In this document: positions 31,086 through 40,615 of the stretch, one piece after another
Layout: every line of letters begins with the position of its first letter
How positions within the stretch are numbered: position 1 is the first letter of the stretch
Source: an uncultured bacterium
GTDB taxonomy: Bacteria; Patescibacteriota; Microgenomatia; UBA1400; PJMF01
Reading direction: 5' to 3'
DNA length: 64,000 nt
NCBI GenBank assembly: GCA_903842795.1
Contig: CAIMNJ010000013.1
Span: 69,302-133,301 of the forward strand
Made by a program: the position numbers and the translations under genes
The notes under the pieces: generated by a model
Told to the model about the DNA's origin: nothing
The model's database searches: none
Seen by the model: the letters and a program-made list of their open reading frames with translations, nothing else

Positions 31086-31331
31086 ATGTCTAAGTCTTGG
31101 TTTGTTTATATTTTACAGTGCGCCGATGGCACTTATTACACTGGTATCAGTAATGACCTAGCGCATCGCCTCCAAGCACATAATGCTGGCAAGGGTGCGG
31201 CTTACACTCGTGGTCGAGTTCCAGTGATTTTGAAGTACCAGGAAAAATTCAATACTCATTCTGAAGCTGCTCAGAGAGAGTATGTTATCAAACAACTAAC
31301 TCGCTCGCAAAAAGAAGCTCTTATTTCGTAA
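31086..31331 (+). CDS. GIY-YIG nuclease (YhbQ/UPF0213)
   Basis: VYILQCADGTYYTG, HNAGKGAAYTRGR, REYVIKQL. Confidence 0.92.
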   Translation: MSKSWFVYILQCADGTYYTGISNDLAHRLQAHNAGKGAAYTRGRVPVILKYQEKFNTHSEAAQREYVIKQLTRSQKEALIS

Positions 31332-31345
31332 TAATGTATTTTTAC

Positions 31346-31376
31346 GCAAAACCCCGCCTTTGAGGGCGGGGTTTGC
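31346..31376. terminator. Terminator hairpin between the GIY-YIG gene and cassette A
   Basis: AAACCCCGCC/GGCGGGGTTT stem around a short loop. Confidence 0.8.
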
Positions 31377-31412
31377 ACATTACTTTTCTTACTTTTTGGT
31401 CAAATCTACTGG

Positions 31413-31718
31413 TTATTCTTCCAGAGGTGGACCGCCGACAGGAAGTCGGTATTCGAGAGCCTTGGCGTATTCGTGATCGCGCTGGTCAATGGGATCACCC
31501 TCCAGCTCATAGCGTCTCCAGACCGACGTCAGTGTGGCGTCGTTCAGAAGCTGTCTGAGTCTGGGCTCATCTTCATTAAGCATGACTTCCGCGACAGCGC
31601 GCAGAGCAGTCACGGCATGAGATGAAGCGAGATTGAAGATCAGTTGGCGAATCGGAAGTCTCTCGATGCGATCCATGTCATCTGGTAAAAAATGACCGGT
31701 TTTGGGTTGATACGGCAT
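31413..31718 (-). CDS. Cassette A ORF: 101 aa GC-rich hypothetical protein (MPYQPKTG...)
   Basis: SD GAGGAGG 6 nt before ATG at 31718; own promoter and terminator. Confidence 0.65.
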   Translation of the reverse strand: MPYQPKTGHFLPDDMDRIERLPIRQLIFNLASSHAVTALRAVAEVMLNEDEPRLRQLLNDATLTSVWRRYELEGDPIDQRDHEYAKALEYRLPVGGPPLEE

Positions 31719-31940
31719 AGTATGCCTCCTCAAAATTTGATTGGCTACCTGACACCCTTGCGAGTGTTGGTTGGCGCGCTCAATTTATGCCTCTTGCACA
31801 TTTGTAAACAAAAAGTACTGCAAGAAAATAGACTGAGCGCGCCAAACAAAATAGCCAAAAGCAAAAAGTTTTAATGTGCGTAAATGATTTAGTTCAAATC
31901 ATCGCCGCGATTGGCAATTTTTAGAAAATAAATCACGGGA

Positions 31941-31969
31941 ATTATATCAAAATATATCAGTCGAGTCAA
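31941..31969 (-). promoter_or_regulatory. Sigma70 promoter of cassette A
   Basis: TTGACT-17-TATAAT on the minus strand. Confidence 0.75.
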
Positions 31970-31977
31970 AATTATAG

Positions 31978-32136
31978 GCTTTTGTTATGGATCTGCCAGC
32001 TCAAGAAATTCAAATCGCTCGCGAACACAGCACCTACTCCTGGTTTTCTTTCGAAGAGGCTTTGGCAAAATTACATTTTGAGAGTAACAAAATTGCTATA
32101 ACTGAATTGAATAATGAGTTATTAATTTCTCTTTAA
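31978..32136 (+). pseudogene. C-terminal fragment of a NUDIX hydrolase (NudB-like)
   Basis: Frame from 31981 reads FVMDLPAQEIQIAREHSTYSWFSFEEALAKLHFESNKIA...; in-frame TAG at 31975 and no Nudix box. Confidence 0.6.
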
Positions 32137-32205
32137 TCATAAAAATCTTGTAAAAATTTTGATGTATTGTGATATAATATCGTTTTTATTAAATAATTGC
32201 GTTTA

Positions 32206-33009
32206 ATGTCAATTATTGAAGAAGGACGCTCTAGCAGAGAGAATAGATCATTCTCTGTGGATGCTCCAGCAATGTTAGATAAATTGCTGACTGAGCTTTC
32301 TCAATTGGGGCAAATTAAAGGAATTGGGTTTGATGTTTTTGGCACCATTTTAAATGGTTCACTCAATCGCTTTGATCTTAGTGCATTTTTATCTAATTGC
32401 GTCGCAACTTATTACAAGTTCAAAACAGGTAAAACATTTTCAGAAGAAGAAGCTTTAAGTCTCTATTTGGAATGTAGAGAATCATTAAAGGATAATCGTT
32501 CTCCATTGTTAATTGGAGAAGATAATATTCCAGCCAAAGAACAAGAAATACAAGAGATTGTTGTTCTAGAAGCAATTGCTAAATTACTCCAATTAGACAG
32601 CCCAGATGATTTGATTTCCAATGTGCAGAGTCAGTGGTTGCTGTCTGATTTACAACATACAAAAGCAATTGATGGGATGTTGGATTTGGTAAAAAAATCT
32701 GTAATTCTATTTGGTAGAGATCGTGTTTCTGTTTTTTCAAATCATTCTTTTAGTCGTGAGCATTTATTGGCTTTATTGAGAAAAAATCAATATTTATCAG
32801 AGTCTATGCTAAGTGAAAAAAATGTATTTTTATCGAGTGATTTTGGTATAAAGAAATTTGGAGTTGGTCTTAGAAAGCCCAATCAACTTGCATTTAGAGA
32901 ATTTTCTGCACAAATGTTACTAAAGCCACAAGAAGTTGCTTTTATTGGTGATAGTAAGCATGATTCTATTTTTGCTACCAACTCTGGTGGCGTGGGAATT
33001 TTAGTATGA
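32206..33009 (+). CDS. HAD-superfamily hydrolase
   Basis: GFDVFGTI, FSN, RKP, FIGDS..D. Confidence 0.75.
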   Translation: MSIIEEGRSSRENRSFSVDAPAMLDKLLTELSQLGQIKGIGFDVFGTILNGSLNRFDLSAFLSNCVATYYKFKTGKTFSEEEALSLYLECRESLKDNRSPLLIGEDNIPAKEQEIQEIVVLEAIAKLLQLDSPDDLISNVQSQWLLSDLQHTKAIDGMLDLVKKSVILFGRDRVSVFSNHSFSREHLLALLRKNQYLSESMLSEKNVFLSSDFGIKKFGVGLRKPNQLAFREFSAQMLLKPQEVAFIGDSKHDSIFATNSGGVGILV

Positions 33010-33395
33010 AATTAGAATCTATAAAAAATCCAAGCTTATTTTCAGAAAATTATCAGTATTACAGGGTCTATTTTACGGCAATGCTCAATAGTCTATTCGG
33101 AAAATTATTTTCTGCTAATTTAATTGAAAGAAAACAAAGTTTGTCTTTGGAGCAGGCTATTTATAAGCTAAGAGATCCTCGTACTAGTTCTCTACACATA
33201 ACACCTTTGTCTGAAACTGAAGGTAAAAAAAGATATTCAACAATTATTGAGCCATTATCTGGTTTTCATAAAGATGCTTGGTTGTTAGATTTGTTGCTTG
33301 TTGCTGATGAGACGTATCTTCTAGAATTGTTGGATATAAATAATTCAGTAGTTTGGAGTGAAAAATGTTCTATAAAAAAGGAAAATAAATTATAA
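33006..33395 (+). CDS. Hypothetical protein
   Basis: 129 aa, ATGA overlap with the HAD gene. Confidence 0.55.
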   Translation: MKLESIKNPSLFSENYQYYRVYFTAMLNSLFGKLFSANLIERKQSLSLEQAIYKLRDPRTSSLHITPLSETEGKKRYSTIIEPLSGFHKDAWLLDLLLVADETYLLELLDINNSVVWSEKCSIKKENKL

Positions 33396-33409
33396 ATTAT
33401 ATAAATCTT

Positions 33410-34531
33410 ATGCAAAAAATTGATGAAAAAAAATTAGGAATTTCTTATCACGAGATGTTCCAACCATTTCCGCTATCTAGAAATTTGGAGCAGCTAAAGA
33501 AAGCGGCTGCAGAGCACAATATTCCAGAGCAAGACGCTATTCTTATAGCGCTAAATGCTTCTGGAATTAAAAATGGTGATATCGAAAATGATCGTGGAAG
33601 ATTTACGATTGTAATGCCAGATGGCAAAAAATATTTTTTGGCCATGACAATTACAAATAAACCACTTTCACCTTTTGAACATCGTAATGGAGAAATATAT
33701 TTTGGCAATGAAAAAATTGCTGATATAGGTGAAATAGAAGAAGATACCTGTTCAGATTCTTATTGGAGAGGCAACAAAACACATCTAACACTAAATTCAA
33801 ATTCTAGAAGTAATTGCAAGGGCTGTGAATTTTGTGGAACATATTCACTTAGAGATGATGATAAGGCTTTAAATACTCCAGAAGCTTTGAGAAGAAAGGC
33901 TGAGGAGCTTTGCCAAGAAGTGGGAGGTGACTTGTCTTCTTTAGAATCAATTGGAGTTGTAACTGGTTGTTTTCCAAACGAGAAATCTTTAGTTAGTCAT
34001 CTTAGAATGGTTAGATCAGTTTTTGCTGAATACGGTTTTAATAAAGAATTGAGATATATTGGTTCTCAATTGAGAAGTAAAGAAAATTTAGCTTTGCTTG
34101 CCAGTGAAGGTCCATTTGCTCTTTATCTAACGGTAGAATCTTTTACCAGACGTGAACAATTAATGAAAAAGGCCAAAGCATCATTAAACTTAGAAATGGG
34201 AAGAGAATTGCTTCAATTAGCAAAGGAACTCGGTATTGAGACAACATTTTTGTATATTGCTGGTTTAGACGATTTGTCTAGCATGGAATCTGAATTTCCA
34301 AAATATAGTGGATTGTTGACCAGATTGCCTTTGGCACAAACTTTTCAAGCTTATGTTCCAGAGCAATTAGAAAAAAGACATCCATCTGCTTCATCTGTTG
34401 AGTATTTTTTGAAAACTAGAACCATTATCGAAAAATCTTTTCCAGATCTCAGACCTCAAGCCTTTAGTAACTATAGGGGTTTATGGTATACAAAGTACGC
34501 TGAAGAAGAACTTCCAAACACTCCTATCTAG
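33410..34531 (+). CDS. Radical SAM-like Fe-S protein with non-canonical CxxCxxC motif
   Basis: NCKGCEFC, downstream VVTGC, TIM-barrel-like pattern (TFLYIAGLD). Confidence 0.7.
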   Translation: MQKIDEKKLGISYHEMFQPFPLSRNLEQLKKAAAEHNIPEQDAILIALNASGIKNGDIENDRGRFTIVMPDGKKYFLAMTITNKPLSPFEHRNGEIYFGNEKIADIGEIEEDTCSDSYWRGNKTHLTLNSNSRSNCKGCEFCGTYSLRDDDKALNTPEALRRKAEELCQEVGGDLSSLESIGVVTGCFPNEKSLVSHLRMVRSVFAEYGFNKELRYIGSQLRSKENLALLASEGPFALYLTVESFTRREQLMKKAKASLNLEMGRELLQLAKELGIETTFLYIAGLDDLSSMESEFPKYSGLLTRLPLAQTFQAYVPEQLEKRHPSASSVEYFLKTRTIIEKSFPDLRPQAFSNYRGLWYTKYAEEELPNTPI

Positions 34532-34545
34532 TTTAAAATTTAAAT

Positions 34546-35196
34546 ATGACTTGGAATGATATCTATGGTGGTTTGCCAAATGAATATGAATATTATGATT
34601 TAAATAAACCTCATAATGATCTTGTTTCAATTGTTAAATTTTTTAAAGACAAAAAAGTAAGTAGAATATTAGATTTAGGTTGTGGTATTGGCAGAAACAT
34701 GATCCCTCTAATTGAAAGTGGTTTTGAAGTAATCGGAATTGATGATTCAAATGAGGCAATAAAAATTTTGAGATCTAAACTCAAGGCTAAGTCTTTGGCA
34801 GCAGAACTTAAAAATGCAAAATTCCAAAATTTACCTTTTCAAGATGATTTTTTTGATGCGATTATTAGTGTGCAGACATTAAATCATGGCTATGAAAAAG
34901 ATATTTTAGCTGGTTTCAGTGAAGTATTTAGAGTTTTAAAACCAGGTGGACTGATCTTTTTAACTTTGCCAGGAAGAATTTCAAAAGGTAAGGTTAGGTA
35001 TTGCTTGGTAAAAACTGCTCGCAAAGTTGAAAAAAATACCTTTATTCCAACCATTGGAGAAGAAATTGGGGTGCCACATTATATTTTTAATAAATCTTTG
35101 ATTGCCAAATATATGAAAAAATACAATTTAGTTAAGAAAATTTGGGTTGATGAAAAAGATTATTATTGTGTTTTAGCGGAAAAGGTCAGCAGATAA
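34546..35196 (+). CDS. Class I SAM-dependent methyltransferase
   Basis: ILDLGCGIGR, LPFQDDFFD, RVLKPGG. Confidence 0.92.
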   Translation: MTWNDIYGGLPNEYEYYDLNKPHNDLVSIVKFFKDKKVSRILDLGCGIGRNMIPLIESGFEVIGIDDSNEAIKILRSKLKAKSLAAELKNAKFQNLPFQDDFFDAIISVQTLNHGYEKDILAGFSEVFRVLKPGGLIFLTLPGRISKGKVRYCLVKTARKVEKNTFIPTIGEEIGVPHYIFNKSLIAKYMKKYNLVKKIWVDEKDYYCVLAEKVSR

Positions 35197-35763
35197 AAGA
35201 CCATTCTTAATGCAGAGATTTATAATTTCGTTTAAATTTTCAATGTATTTATCTTTGTCATAATCGTATCCGCTTTGCAACATTTTAGTTAATACAGCAA
35301 TCAAATCATTTTCTTTAAATGGCTGGTTGCGCAATTTTTTTTCTTTTGCATTTGCAACGAAACAAAATAACCCTGTTCTATTTGCACCAGCCTGACAATG
35401 GACGTAAGTTAATGTTTTGCCATCGTAATTATTCATCGCAGCATCAAGCAAATTAATGTTATTTTGAATATCAATTGCAACATGACTTATTCCCATCATG
35501 CCGACTTTAGAAATTAGCGCTGGAAGCATTATCCTTTCTTTTTCATCACTGCTGGAATAAAGGGAAACAATCTTTTCAGTGCCTAAAGTTTTTATTCCAG
35601 GAAGTTTTTCAACTGGCCAGCTTCCACGTAAAAGTTTGCCTGGAATTTCTACAGAAAAGTTTTTTGGCAAAACGCTTAATAGCTCATGTCTTGGAAAAAT
35701 AGGAATCTCAAAACTTTTACCGTTAATTCTTAAATTAACGCCACCTTTTTGGAGTTCACTCAT
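35173..35763 (-). CDS. Protein-tyrosine/dual-specificity phosphatase-like protein
   Basis: HCQAGANRTG (HCxxGxxR) active-site loop. Confidence 0.8.
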   Translation of the reverse strand: MSELQKGGVNLRINGKSFEIPIFPRHELLSVLPKNFSVEIPGKLLRGSWPVEKLPGIKTLGTEKIVSLYSSSDEKERIMLPALISKVGMMGISHVAIDIQNNINLLDAAMNNYDGKTLTYVHCQAGANRTGLFCFVANAKEKKLRNQPFKENDLIAVLTKMLQSGYDYDKDKYIENLNEIINLCIKNGLLSADLFR

Positions 35764-35857
35764 TTCTTTTTGAGAAAAAATCACAAATCAACTTTCAGCC
35801 AAAAAAATTGAAACATGGCTTATAATTTGATATAATAAGACATATTATACATCAAAT

Positions 35858-37018
35858 ATGAATGAACATATAAATTTAACTGAATATGAACCAATTGGTG
35901 AAGCTAGCCTTTATAAGGAGGTATTAAAAGTTTTTGGTTCAGATTTTGTTTCTGGTTTGCCATGTGGAGAATTAAGAGGTTTTATTGAAGCAAGCAAAAA
36001 TAATGCTGATGAGGTTGGACATGTGCAGGCAACTAATGAAAATGAAGCAGCAGCCATTGCTCAGGGAGCATCTCTAGCAGGCAAGAAACCAGTTCTTTAC
36101 ATGCAAAATAGTGGTTTATTAAAGATCACTAATGAAATTGGATCGTTATTAATTCCATGTCAAACAGAAGCTCTCTTTGTGGCTTCTTGGAGAGGAGCCC
36201 CTGGAGAAGAAGCCACTCAACATCTTGCAACTGGTGCCGCAACTATTCCAGTAATTGAAGCCTTGGGCTTACCCTATATCGTTGGAGCTACTTTGGCGGA
36301 TTTAAAAAAACTTAAGACAAACATGGAAAGAGCTAAGCTTCCTGGTGTAATTTTAATGAAAAAAGAAAAATTCAATCAAGGTGTTGAATTTACTCAAAGA
36401 GTTATTGAAACAGAAGCTAATAGGGGAGATTGGCATAAAGAACACAGTGGATTGATTACTTTGAGTAGAGAAGAAGCTCTAAATATAATTTTTTCAAACT
36501 TAATAAATGATAAAGATGGTGTATTCTCTTCAACTGGATTGATTTCTAGATCTATTTTTCACCACCATGATGCTCCAAACCAATTCTATAATGCTGGGGC
36601 TTTTGGCTTCACAAGCTCAATAGCTCTTGGATATGCAATCAACGCAGAACATAGAGTTATTACAATTGAGGGCGATGGTAGTGTGCTTACAAATCTTGGC
36701 TCATTAAACACGATTGGCCATCATGTAGCCGATAATTTTGTTCACGTTGTCTTGGATAATGCAACTTATGCTTCTTGTTCTGCAGAACAAACCTATGGAT
36801 CAGGTAAAATTCCAGAAGTTGCCTTAACATTTGGTTATAAAAGAGCTTTTACTGTTCAATCTCGCGAACAACTTTTAGCAGCCATTGCTGAAATTAATAA
36901 AAATAATGATGGTCCACAAATGCTTCATATTCAAATTAATTCCGAAGGCCAAAGAGATTTCAAAAGACCATTGGGAATGGCTGATATAGCTAATAGATTT
37001 AGAAATTATTTCCAATAA
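35858..37018 (+). CDS. ThDP-dependent phosphonopyruvate/sulfopyruvate decarboxylase-like protein (fused alpha+beta)
   Basis: GLPC, NE.EA.AIA.G..LAG, YMQNSGL, WRG.PG, GDGS...LDN. Confidence 0.85.
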   Translation: MNEHINLTEYEPIGEASLYKEVLKVFGSDFVSGLPCGELRGFIEASKNNADEVGHVQATNENEAAAIAQGASLAGKKPVLYMQNSGLLKITNEIGSLLIPCQTEALFVASWRGAPGEEATQHLATGAATIPVIEALGLPYIVGATLADLKKLKTNMERAKLPGVILMKKEKFNQGVEFTQRVIETEANRGDWHKEHSGLITLSREEALNIIFSNLINDKDGVFSSTGLISRSIFHHHDAPNQFYNAGAFGFTSSIALGYAINAEHRVITIEGDGSVLTNLGSLNTIGHHVADNFVHVVLDNATYASCSAEQTYGSGKIPEVALTFGYKRAFTVQSREQLLAAIAEINKNNDGPQMLHIQINSEGQRDFKRPLGMADIANRFRNYFQ

Positions 37019-37088
37019 ATTTTAAATGCTGTAAAAATAAAGTAATTAATTCTCTCTAGGAGAGTAATTATGCTATAGTTATATTTAT

Positions 37089-38105
37089 ATGATTGAAAAT
37101 GGTTCACTTAATCCAGAAAAAGATCTAAATCTTGGCGATAGTTCGCTGAATAGTTTTATAGATCGTATTTCACCTCGTTACTTCCAGCAAGAAACTGTTT
37201 TGCCTGAGGCTGTTATGACACGTACGACTGATGTTTTAGCCAAAGCTGGCAAGCGAGAATTTGGGCATTATTCTATGTTTGACGCGGTGAGAAAAGAGCG
37301 CAAAGGTATTGCCACGATTATCGTTGATTGTAGCAAAATTGTTCCTCAAGAAGCTTTTGCCAAACTTGCTGCAGAAGGCAAGAACCCAGAAGATGATGAT
37401 ATTGGTAATTATGAACTTTATGCCGAAATGGCTTATACGATTGCGGTAACTCTTGAGGTTTTTGATCAAATGTTAGCTCTTGCAGCTACAAAGCCACGCT
37501 TTCGCCCAGATGATAAACAATTTGTGAGTTCTATTGCAGGTTTGAGAGAAAGATTTGCTGGATATATTAGAGTTAATGCTGATGTGGCCGGAGACACGCG
37601 TTCCTATATTTGTCAGAATTTGGAAGCTATGGCCAAATATTTTGGTTTGCAGAAGTTTGTTTTGATTCTCTCCAATAGCCAGGCTATTCCTAATTATGCC
37701 AAAAAAGATTTAGTTCACATGTTTTATCGAAATCATGGTGAGAATGACACAAGCGTGATGTTTTTGGCTAAAGAGAGAACGCCAGCCGATGTGGAAGCCA
37801 AAATAGCCGAACTTCATCAACGTCTTGGCAAAGGCACTAATTCAGAATATCGCGGTGTATCTGATGATTTAATGAAAGCCTTGGGAACTTATCAGGTGGC
37901 TAGAGGTTTGAAGGCAGAAATTGAAAAAATTCAGTTTCGTGATCAGAAAGATTATGACCTAAGAAAAGAAAAAACCAAGAAATTAGCTAACTTAATGGGA
38001 ATGATTCAAGCTGAAAGACATAACTTTTATGATTTGGACGCTGAATTTAGTCTGTTTACAGATGATGAACTAAAATTAATTCAACAAAAACTTTTTGTGT
38101 TTTAG
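37089..38105 (+). CDS. Hypothetical protein
   Basis: 338 aa ORF; no family recognised. Confidence 0.65.
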   Translation: MIENGSLNPEKDLNLGDSSLNSFIDRISPRYFQQETVLPEAVMTRTTDVLAKAGKREFGHYSMFDAVRKERKGIATIIVDCSKIVPQEAFAKLAAEGKNPEDDDIGNYELYAEMAYTIAVTLEVFDQMLALAATKPRFRPDDKQFVSSIAGLRERFAGYIRVNADVAGDTRSYICQNLEAMAKYFGLQKFVLILSNSQAIPNYAKKDLVHMFYRNHGENDTSVMFLAKERTPADVEAKIAELHQRLGKGTNSEYRGVSDDLMKALGTYQVARGLKAEIEKIQFRDQKDYDLRKEKTKKLANLMGMIQAERHNFYDLDAEFSLFTDDELKLIQQKLFVF

Positions 38106-38135
38106 TTTTTTTAAATTAATAAAGCTAATTAAACA

Positions 38136-38166
38136 GAAAAGCCCCGCTCTTGCGAGCGGGGCTTTC
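38136..38166. terminator. Terminator of cassette B (probably bidirectional)
   Basis: AAAGCCCCGCTC-ttgc-GAGCGGGGCTTT. Confidence 0.85.
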
Positions 38167-38194
38167 TTTAAAACAGATATTGATTGGATGATGG

Positions 38195-38716
38195 TTAGTT
38201 GCCGGGGATGGCAGTGGGCTTCGGGGCAGGATCAATGTCCATGATGCGACAATAATCGAACTCCCAAATTTCCACGCATTTGCCGGTTTGGGTACTGTTG
38301 GTTTCGTTGATGGCGCACACTGGCTCAAAGTCCGCAGTGCAGGCAAAAGTGACGGTGTCGCCGGGAATCAAACCCATGACCTTGCGATCAGTGGTTTTGA
38401 TCACGATCGTGTCGCCAGGCTGTGCAAAATCCACAGCAGGGTCCACAGATCCGAGCAAACCGCGCAAAATGCCCTTGCCATCTTCCCAGTATCGTCCGCT
38501 GACGCTACCGACGCCATTGATCGAAGAGCCAGAAACGTAGGCGTGACCCACGGTGTAGCTCTCCAGATCTTGTTCCATCGTTAATTTGATGGTGTAGACG
38601 TTGGGGTCAACTTCAGAGGTGATGGTGACGCCAGTGTCGGTCTGCTGGGTGGGCGCACAAGCAACGAGCCCCAAAAGCCCCAAAAGCAACAAGGTATAGA
38701 ACATAACTTTTTTCAT
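38195..38716 (-). CDS. Cassette B ORF: GC-rich lipoprotein (lipobox LVAC)
   Basis: MKKVMFYTLLLLGLLGLVAC; SD GGAG. Confidence 0.8.
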   Translation of the reverse strand: MKKVMFYTLLLLGLLGLVACAPTQQTDTGVTITSEVDPNVYTIKLTMEQDLESYTVGHAYVSGSSINGVGSVSGRYWEDGKGILRGLLGSVDPAVDFAQPGDTIVIKTTDRKVMGLIPGDTVTFACTADFEPVCAINETNSTQTGKCVEIWEFDYCRIMDIDPAPKPTAIPGN

Positions 38717-38873
38717 CTTACTTCTCCGTACAGACAGGTTACCTGATTTTTACAAACCAGGCGCATGAGTCTATTTTCTTGCGATAGCTCACACGGTCAA
38801 AAATTTACTTTTAAAGCAAATTTCTAACCGTGTGAGCCAAGACTCAAATCTAGAGTAGGGAAAAGAATATCTG

Positions 38874-38984
38874 TTGTTAAAGATCAGCTGATAAGAATTT
38901 AGCTTGTGTGCTCGCGATGAGCTCGTAGCATAGAAATATCAGCAAGATAACTTATATTATAGGATACTTTTGCCAAAATTGCAA
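38874..38984 (-). promoter_or_regulatory. Cassette B promoter and boxA-like element
   Basis: TTGCAA-17-TATAAT (38984-38956); GATCTTTAACAA at 38885-38874. Confidence 0.7.
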
Positions 38985-39033
38985 GTCTAAGTAAAGTTTT
39001 TTGCCATATTTTGATATAATCACTTTTTGGCTC

Positions 39034-39264
39034 ATGACTATAGAAAAAGATCTTAATCAGGATAAAGTGGTTGATTCAAATGCTTCTGGAGAAGAATTGG
39101 ATGAAGAAAGTGAAAAAAATCGTGAAATTTTGTTAATACTTCTTTTAGGCATTGAACTAGCTTTAGAAAATCCAAAAAATCTCAAAAGAATGCAACAAAT
39201 TTGGAGTTTTCATGATCCAGCTTATAAAAAGTGGCTAGAAAACCAGATCAAAGTAAGTCCTTAA
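39034..39264 (+). CDS. Small hypothetical protein
   Basis: ATG at 39034 downstream of TATAAT. Confidence 0.45.
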   Translation: MTIEKDLNQDKVVDSNASGEELDEESEKNREILLILLLGIELALENPKNLKRMQQIWSFHDPAYKKWLENQIKVSP

Positions 39265-39313
39265 AGCTTCTTTTATTTGACAGATAAATTGATTAAAGTC
39301 AGAATGAAATAGC

Positions 39314-40615
39314 ATGAAAAAGTTTGCTATTTTTGGTCGTTCTTCTTTTGCCACTAAGATTATTTTGCCAATGGTAATAACGATCTTAATTTTTGGATCA
39401 CTTACTGCTTTATTGGTGGCACGTTTGGTTTACAACCAATTGCTTAATAAAGAAAAAAATCAATTGTCTATAGTGGCTATGGAGCAAGCTCACGAGTCAT
39501 CGATTGTTTTATCTAGAACTCAGGTGGTAATTGATCAAATTGCGATTTTGCCAGAGACATTAGACTATTTGTCATCTGCTAAACCAAAAATTCAAGACGA
39601 AAATTTACTTGATCTTTTTAATGATTTCAATGTTGGTAAGAGTTTTTCATCTATTTATTTGCTAGATGCTTCTGGATCTGCTGTTGTTTCTACTGATCCT
39701 AAATTTATTGGACAAAATTACTCTTTTCGTCAATATTTTAAACAAAGCATGGATGGCAAAAGAGGTTTTGACGTTGCTGTAGGGGTAACCACTGGCATGC
39801 TTGGTCATTATTTATCTGCTCCAGTTATAGTCGAAGGTCAGGTAAAAGGTGTTTTGGTGGGCAAAATGGACCCAAATCTTTTATTGGCAGAAATAGATAC
39901 TAATGAAAAAGAGGAGAGTTCTTATCTTGGTTTAGAGCGTTTTATGACAGATGAATATGGAGTAATTGTTTTTTCTGGAGAAGAAGATCGGCTTTATGCG
40001 AGCTTGGGAGTTTTGTCTGAAAGTTTGTTGAATGCGGAGATGAGGAAAAAGAGATATGCAAAGGAAGAATTAATGCAGCTTCAATATCAAAAGGAAATGG
40101 ATGCAGTTTTGCAGCAACAAGAATTCACCCAGAGAGAATTTCTTGACGAACTAGATCAAGAAAGAGAGATTGTAACTTTAGCTAAAGTTGGAGGTTACCC
40201 CCTCTATGTTGTTATGGAAATGAATCTACGTCAGATCAATAACTCCGTTATTCAAGTGATTTCATTAATTGGTGCAGTAGTGGTTTTTGCTGCTTTATTT
40301 ACGGCTTTGGTGGTGGCTGGCTTGGTTACTTTGTGGCTAAAACCACTTAAGAAAATGCGCCAGATAGCAATGAATGTTGCTGCTGGGAATTTTAGTGAGC
40401 GCATTGATAATTTAGGCGATGATGAATTGGGTGATCTTGGTAGATCATTTAATGAAATGGCAAATTCTTTGGTAATAGCTAAAGAGAACGTTGAGGAGCA
40501 GGTGCGTGGTCGCACAGAAGAATTAACCAGGTTAAATAAATTTATGATTGGTCGTGAACTTAAGATGGCTGAACTAAAAAAACAAATCAATGAGGTGAAA
40601 AATGAAAAAAAATAA
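39314..40615 (+). CDS. Cache + HAMP membrane sensor without a kinase domain
   Basis: TM, YSFRQYF Cache motif, TM, HAMP DELGDLGRSFNEM, ends MIGRELKM.ELK. Confidence 0.85.
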   Translation: MKKFAIFGRSSFATKIILPMVITILIFGSLTALLVARLVYNQLLNKEKNQLSIVAMEQAHESSIVLSRTQVVIDQIAILPETLDYLSSAKPKIQDENLLDLFNDFNVGKSFSSIYLLDASGSAVVSTDPKFIGQNYSFRQYFKQSMDGKRGFDVAVGVTTGMLGHYLSAPVIVEGQVKGVLVGKMDPNLLLAEIDTNEKEESSYLGLERFMTDEYGVIVFSGEEDRLYASLGVLSESLLNAEMRKKRYAKEELMQLQYQKEMDAVLQQQEFTQREFLDELDQEREIVTLAKVGGYPLYVVMEMNLRQINNSVIQVISLIGAVVVFAALFTALVVAGLVTLWLKPLKKMRQIAMNVAAGNFSERIDNLGDDELGDLGRSFNEMANSLVIAKENVEEQVRGRTEELTRLNKFMIGRELKMAELKKQINEVKNEKK

